From: an uncultured virus (IMG/VR IMGVR_UViG_3300000233_000006)
Lineage: Duplodnaviria > Heunggongvirae > Uroviricota > Caudoviricetes
Length of the DNA stretch: 20,000 nucleotides
Virus record (IMG/VR): IMGVR_UViG_3300000233_000006
Coordinates: 107,911-127,910 of that record
Reading direction: 5' to 3' (one strand)
Position 1 is the first letter of the stretch; every line of letters starts with the position of its first letter. Positions 17,033 through 20,000 of the stretch are shown in pieces. The notes below the pieces were generated by a model. It made no database searches. It was not told where the DNA came from and was given only the letters and a program-made list of their open reading frames with translations. Position numbers and translations under genes: made by a program.

Positions 17033-18825
17033 GCGATCCTCATTTTTGAACAGGCGTCACTATAAACATTTTTAGGTAGTTTCACATCCAGATGATCGTC
17101 GTCATCGATGACATAGCAATCTATGTCGCTATGTTTCAATCCCTGATAGACGTGTGTCACGCCAAGCTTACCTATAATGTTCGTCGCAGCTCTTTCAAAA
17201 AGCTCTCGAATATCGTCGTAAAAACTATGATGACCCATAGCCTCGATGTTATCAAGAACGACGACGTTCGCTTCTCGCCATACAAACGACTCGGCCAACA
17301 CACGCCCGTGCCTCTCGCATACCCAGACCACGGCGTTTTCACTTTCGTGAGAATACCACGCCGACGTCGAACCGGCACCTTCAGGATGTTGGCAGCATCC
17401 CGTATGGTTACCGATAAAGACTGCGCGAGGATCTTCCTTGTCTAACTGGATGAGACGTAAACCATCAGGACCATTCAACCCAGCGACCCCTCCAGGCGCA
17501 GGTATGTATTGGGCTCTGAGTTTAGCGATACCCTCGAGCCATCTCGACTCGATTTCTGAGTATCGATATTTGTTTATAGCCCATTGTGCCGACTCCTTTG
17601 CAAACTCGTCATGAGTCGCACCAGCATAAGTCATTGAAGTTATGATGACCTTCGCTGACTCGAACGATCCCTTTGCATGAGGAACCCATCCCTTTTTAAC
17701 CAGACCGTCCCAGCTATTGATTACAAGGATGATGTACGTAGCCTCGTTCGAAAGAACGCTGCTATTTTTCGTAGTTTTGAGAATCCAGTCAACCTTATCC
17801 TTAGAACCTTTCTCGCACTTGAGATTGATCCCAGTATCATGTAGGCTGATACCTACCGCCGCCGTTCTTTCGAGCAACGTATTGATCTTTGGGACGTCAC
17901 CGCTAAAGAAAACGACTAAAGACATTAAAGCCTCTAGGTCGTGCGAGGTACCTACCTTCCATTTAAAAGAAAGTTTCTTGAGGATTTTTCCATATCCGTA
18001 TGCACCAACAATGTTTAGCTTAAGGACGTCAACACAGTCGGGTAGGATGAATCCTGTAGGCTTCCATCCTACCCCAGCCCATGCAAGTCGTGAACCTGCG
18101 TTTTTAATGCCTGTGGCGACAAACTCCCACGGCAGTCTTGCCACAAGCCCTTCTTTACGAGCTTCTCTCGCATTTTCAAAGGCTTTTACGAGAGCGTCAC
18201 GCGCCTCTCTATAGCTTCGAGGCGATCTTGTGATTTCGAATTCATCGCAAACTGTCATTGCAGCCGCGATGAAGGCAGCTCTTCCTGGAACCAAGGAAAG
18301 GTGCTTTGTCGCGGCAATCGCGACGCCGTCAACCGAGGCACGCAGGCCAATGGGTTTGAGCAAGTTGTCAGCTCGCTCAATAATGCCGCCTATACGTCGC
18401 GCAAGCGCACCAGGACTTATCGTCCGTGATAAGTCCCACAGGTTAACGACTGTGTACGGCGACTTCATCCCGTTCAAGGACACAACTCGCTTTAAAACCT
18501 TTGTCACGGTTTTAAACTCAATAGCGGCCTTAATCCAGCCCGCCATTCTGGCAGCGGCACTAACCATGTCATCTAAGCTGTCCGTGTGCAGGGACGCCTT
18601 AGACCTACCTATCCACGGTCCATGGATAGGTAGGTTGTATGGGAGCAGAAGACCATTCTTTTCCGCGTCTATCATGGCGCTTCTTATAAGGTCTTCCAGA
18701 CCTTTTCTTTTCCATGTCAGATTCCCTGCTGACGGGATCAGGTCTTTACTCCAAGACTTGATCCCCTTCTCATATTCGAACGCCTCTCTATCCGCCATCC
18801 TGGCGGTTATATTTATTTTAGACAT
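17029..18825 (-). CDS. Large early protein (598 aa) with C-terminal TGCCQ / PcfJ-like domain
   Basis: C-terminal LDKEDPRAVFIGNHTGCCQHPEGAG...VLAESFVWRE...VVLDNIE...VYSDA. Start revised to ATG 18825 because AGAGGAG lies at 18833-18839. The N-terminal ~450 aa are not recognised. Confidence 0.6.
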   Translation of the reverse strand: MSKINITARMADREAFEYEKGIKSWSKDLIPSAGNLTWKRKGLEDLIRSAMIDAEKNGLLLPYNLPIHGPWIGRSKASLHTDSLDDMVSAAARMAGWIKAAIEFKTVTKVLKRVVSLNGMKSPYTVVNLWDLSRTISPGALARRIGGIIERADNLLKPIGLRASVDGVAIAATKHLSLVPGRAAFIAAAMTVCDEFEITRSPRSYREARDALVKAFENAREARKEGLVARLPWEFVATGIKNAGSRLAWAGVGWKPTGFILPDCVDVLKLNIVGAYGYGKILKKLSFKWKVGTSHDLEALMSLVVFFSGDVPKINTLLERTAAVGISLHDTGINLKCEKGSKDKVDWILKTTKNSSVLSNEATYIILVINSWDGLVKKGWVPHAKGSFESAKVIITSMTYAGATHDEFAKESAQWAINKYRYSEIESRWLEGIAKLRAQYIPAPGGVAGLNGPDGLRLIQLDKEDPRAVFIGNHTGCCQHPEGAGSTSAWYSHESENAVVWVCERHGRVLAESFVWREANVVVLDNIEAMGHHSFYDDIRELFERAATNIIGKLGVTHVYQGLKHSDIDCYVIDDDDHLDVKLPKNVYSDACSKMRIA

Positions 18826-18832
18826 GATAAAA

Positions 18833-18888
18833 CTCCTCTGCATTTATATCGGTGCAGATGACCTACTTAATCCAATATGGTTCAAGTC
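18833..18888 (-). promoter_or_regulatory. Conserved structured 5' leader, copy 1
   Basis: 18833..18863 matches 19896..19926 at 29/31 nt, and 18872..18884 matches 19933..19945 at 12/13 nt. Two predicted hairpins, ending at the SD. Confidence 0.75.
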
Positions 18889-18902
18889 ATAAAGGTAATA
18901 TA
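18886..18902 (-). promoter_or_regulatory. Early-type promoter ATATTAC-N5-TGAC
   Basis: Minus strand reads TATATTAC CTTTA TGAC, with an AT-rich upstream tract. Confidence 0.75.
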
Positions 18903-18957
18903 TCATTTAAAAAAAATAGAATAGTTATCTAACTCTCTTTTTATAAAAAAAAAAAGA

Positions 18958-18995
18958 GAAGGTGGCGAGTAGGATTAATCCTACTCGCCACCTTC
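18958..18995 (-). terminator. Perfect 38-bp spacerless palindrome; intrinsic terminator of the MYG1 gene
   Basis: GAAGGTGGCGAGTAGGATT|AATCCTACTCGCCACCTTC, followed on the minus strand by an 11-T run; 5 nt after the MYG1 stop. Confidence 0.88.
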
Positions 18996-19000
18996 GTCTC

Positions 19001-19888
19001 TTAGGAGAGGGAGGCCGCCATGATAGCGGCCTCCTTTGTTTCCCAGCCAGAGATGAATCCTCCGGGGTGGCAGAACTTGCCTACCTGGATCCCGGAGGTC
19101 TCTGATAGTGAGGAACCGCTCTTCCCTAGCCAGTTGGCCGGGAAAGAACGGTCACGACTAACCTGCTGTGCATTCCATCCCCCACCAATGGCGGGGAACA
19201 CCACATGAGTGATGCCGGGGAATCTTGTCATGACGCCCTGCCAAGGCAGGAATCGCTTGAGAACGGCGACCCCGTCTTTGGCTGCGTACGCCGCCTCCTC
19301 AACCTCGTCGTCGCCTAGTTCGGCGTAGATACCTCCGACGATTAAATTTCTGAGAACCGTACTGGCGAACTCTAAAGCATCATCAAAACCGTCCCCCCCA
19401 GCCCACGCTGGGTTGGTGGAAAGGAAAGCCGGGGTGTTAAACCCCGAGACGGCTTGGCTGATGCCAAAAGTTGGTGGTTGGGCGGGGTCCGTCGTTCTGG
19501 ACCCGTTGAGGTCGTGATAGTCAATCGCCTTTACAAGGCGGTCGTCAACCATTTGAGCCACCCGTTCCGCCTGGTGGTCAGACAGTCCAGAAAAGACTGT
19601 CTGACCAAGCCAGAGAGCCAGTACTGTTCTGGCACCGTACTGCCTCCAAAAAAGACCAAGGGCCGCGTACTGGCGACCCTCGATCACTACTCCGCCAGCC
19701 TGGTGGTGATCAAACCTACCGTTGGTGGGGTCATAGACCCCACCAACGTCGATGACCAGATCTCCTTCGGAGATCACCGAGTTGTTGCGGGATCTTACGA
19801 TCCCTGCTTCAGGAAACAAAATCTTCGCGGCAGCAACAGCGAAGACGTCATCGGCGTGGAAAATCCCATCATGTGTTACGATGTTCAT
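19001..19888 (-). CDS. myg1: MYG1-family (UPF0160) DHH-type nuclease/phosphoesterase
   Basis: Diagnostic motifs IVTHDGIFHADDVFA, IVRSRN, VIDVGGVYDP..GRFDHHQ, AIDYHD.NG, FP..W.G and FCHPGGFI. Confidence 0.92.
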   Translation of the reverse strand: MNIVTHDGIFHADDVFAVAAAKILFPEAGIVRSRNNSVISEGDLVIDVGGVYDPTNGRFDHHQAGGVVIEGRQYAALGLFWRQYGARTVLALWLGQTVFSGLSDHQAERVAQMVDDRLVKAIDYHDLNGSRTTDPAQPPTFGISQAVSGFNTPAFLSTNPAWAGGDGFDDALEFASTVLRNLIVGGIYAELGDDEVEEAAYAAKDGVAVLKRFLPWQGVMTRFPGITHVVFPAIGGGWNAQQVSRDRSFPANWLGKSGSSLSETSGIQVGKFCHPGGFISGWETKEAAIMAASLS

Positions 19889-19895
19889 GCTAAAT

Positions 19896-19980
19896 CTCCT
19901 CTGCGTTTATATCGGTGCAGGTGACCGTTGAACCAAGATGGTTCATGTACGTGCGTTATAATAAGATAGCGCGTACGTTC
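19896..19980 (-). promoter_or_regulatory. Conserved structured 5' leader, copy 2, with an extra hairpin
   Basis: Same 31-nt and 13-nt blocks as copy 1, plus an inserted GTACGCGC...GCACGTAC imperfect stem (19947..19975). Confidence 0.75.
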
Positions 19981-19994
19981 AACCTGGTAATATA
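19978..19994 (-). promoter_or_regulatory. Early-type promoter ATATTAC-N5-TGAA
   Basis: Minus strand reads TATATTAC CAGGT TGAA. Confidence 0.7.
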
Positions 19995-20000
19995 GGTTTG

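Noticed and set aside
17092..19924. Long plus-strand ORFs (17092..17445, 17717..18214, 18230..18892, 19454..19924)
   Set aside because: They are antisense to motif-bearing genes in a GC-richer region, have no supporting SD, and show no recognisable protein features.
19921..20000. tRNA or known riboswitch in the multi-hairpin region
   Set aside because: No cloverleaf with a T-loop consensus or known aptamer could be built; it is better explained as the MYG1 5' leader.
1..20000. Alternative genetic code or stop-codon readthrough
   Set aside because: Core genes are full length in the standard code, and TAA, TAG and TGA all terminate genes at sensible positions.

Overview
This window reads as part of a low-GC, phiKZ-like (Chimalliviridae-type) jumbo phage genome. 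From about 1 to 16.6 kb it carries a recognisable core block: a stand-alone C-terminal beta fragment of the virion RNA polymerase (gp149-like), a UvsX/RecA (gp152-like), an RNase H-fold protein (gp155-like), several probable virion proteins, an SbcC/Rad50 ATPase (gp165-like) and a probable central spike (gp164-like). Two promoter classes can be read from the sequence: early-type ATATTAC-N5-TGA (4 copies) and late-type ATNNTATGA (5 copies). Four very long hairpins separate transcription units. The right end (16.6-20 kb) is a visibly GC-richer accessory region with two early cassettes that share a conserved two-hairpin 5' leader. One cassette encodes a MYG1-family nuclease; the other encodes a coupled pair, a large protein with a C-terminal TGCCQ (PcfJ-like) domain and a small GNAT-like protein. 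Other oddities are an RNase H lacking its catalytic acids, and a Cys/Pro/Asp repeat tail on a core protein. All family assignments and phiKZ gp numbers come from motif recognition and recalled synteny, not from database searches.
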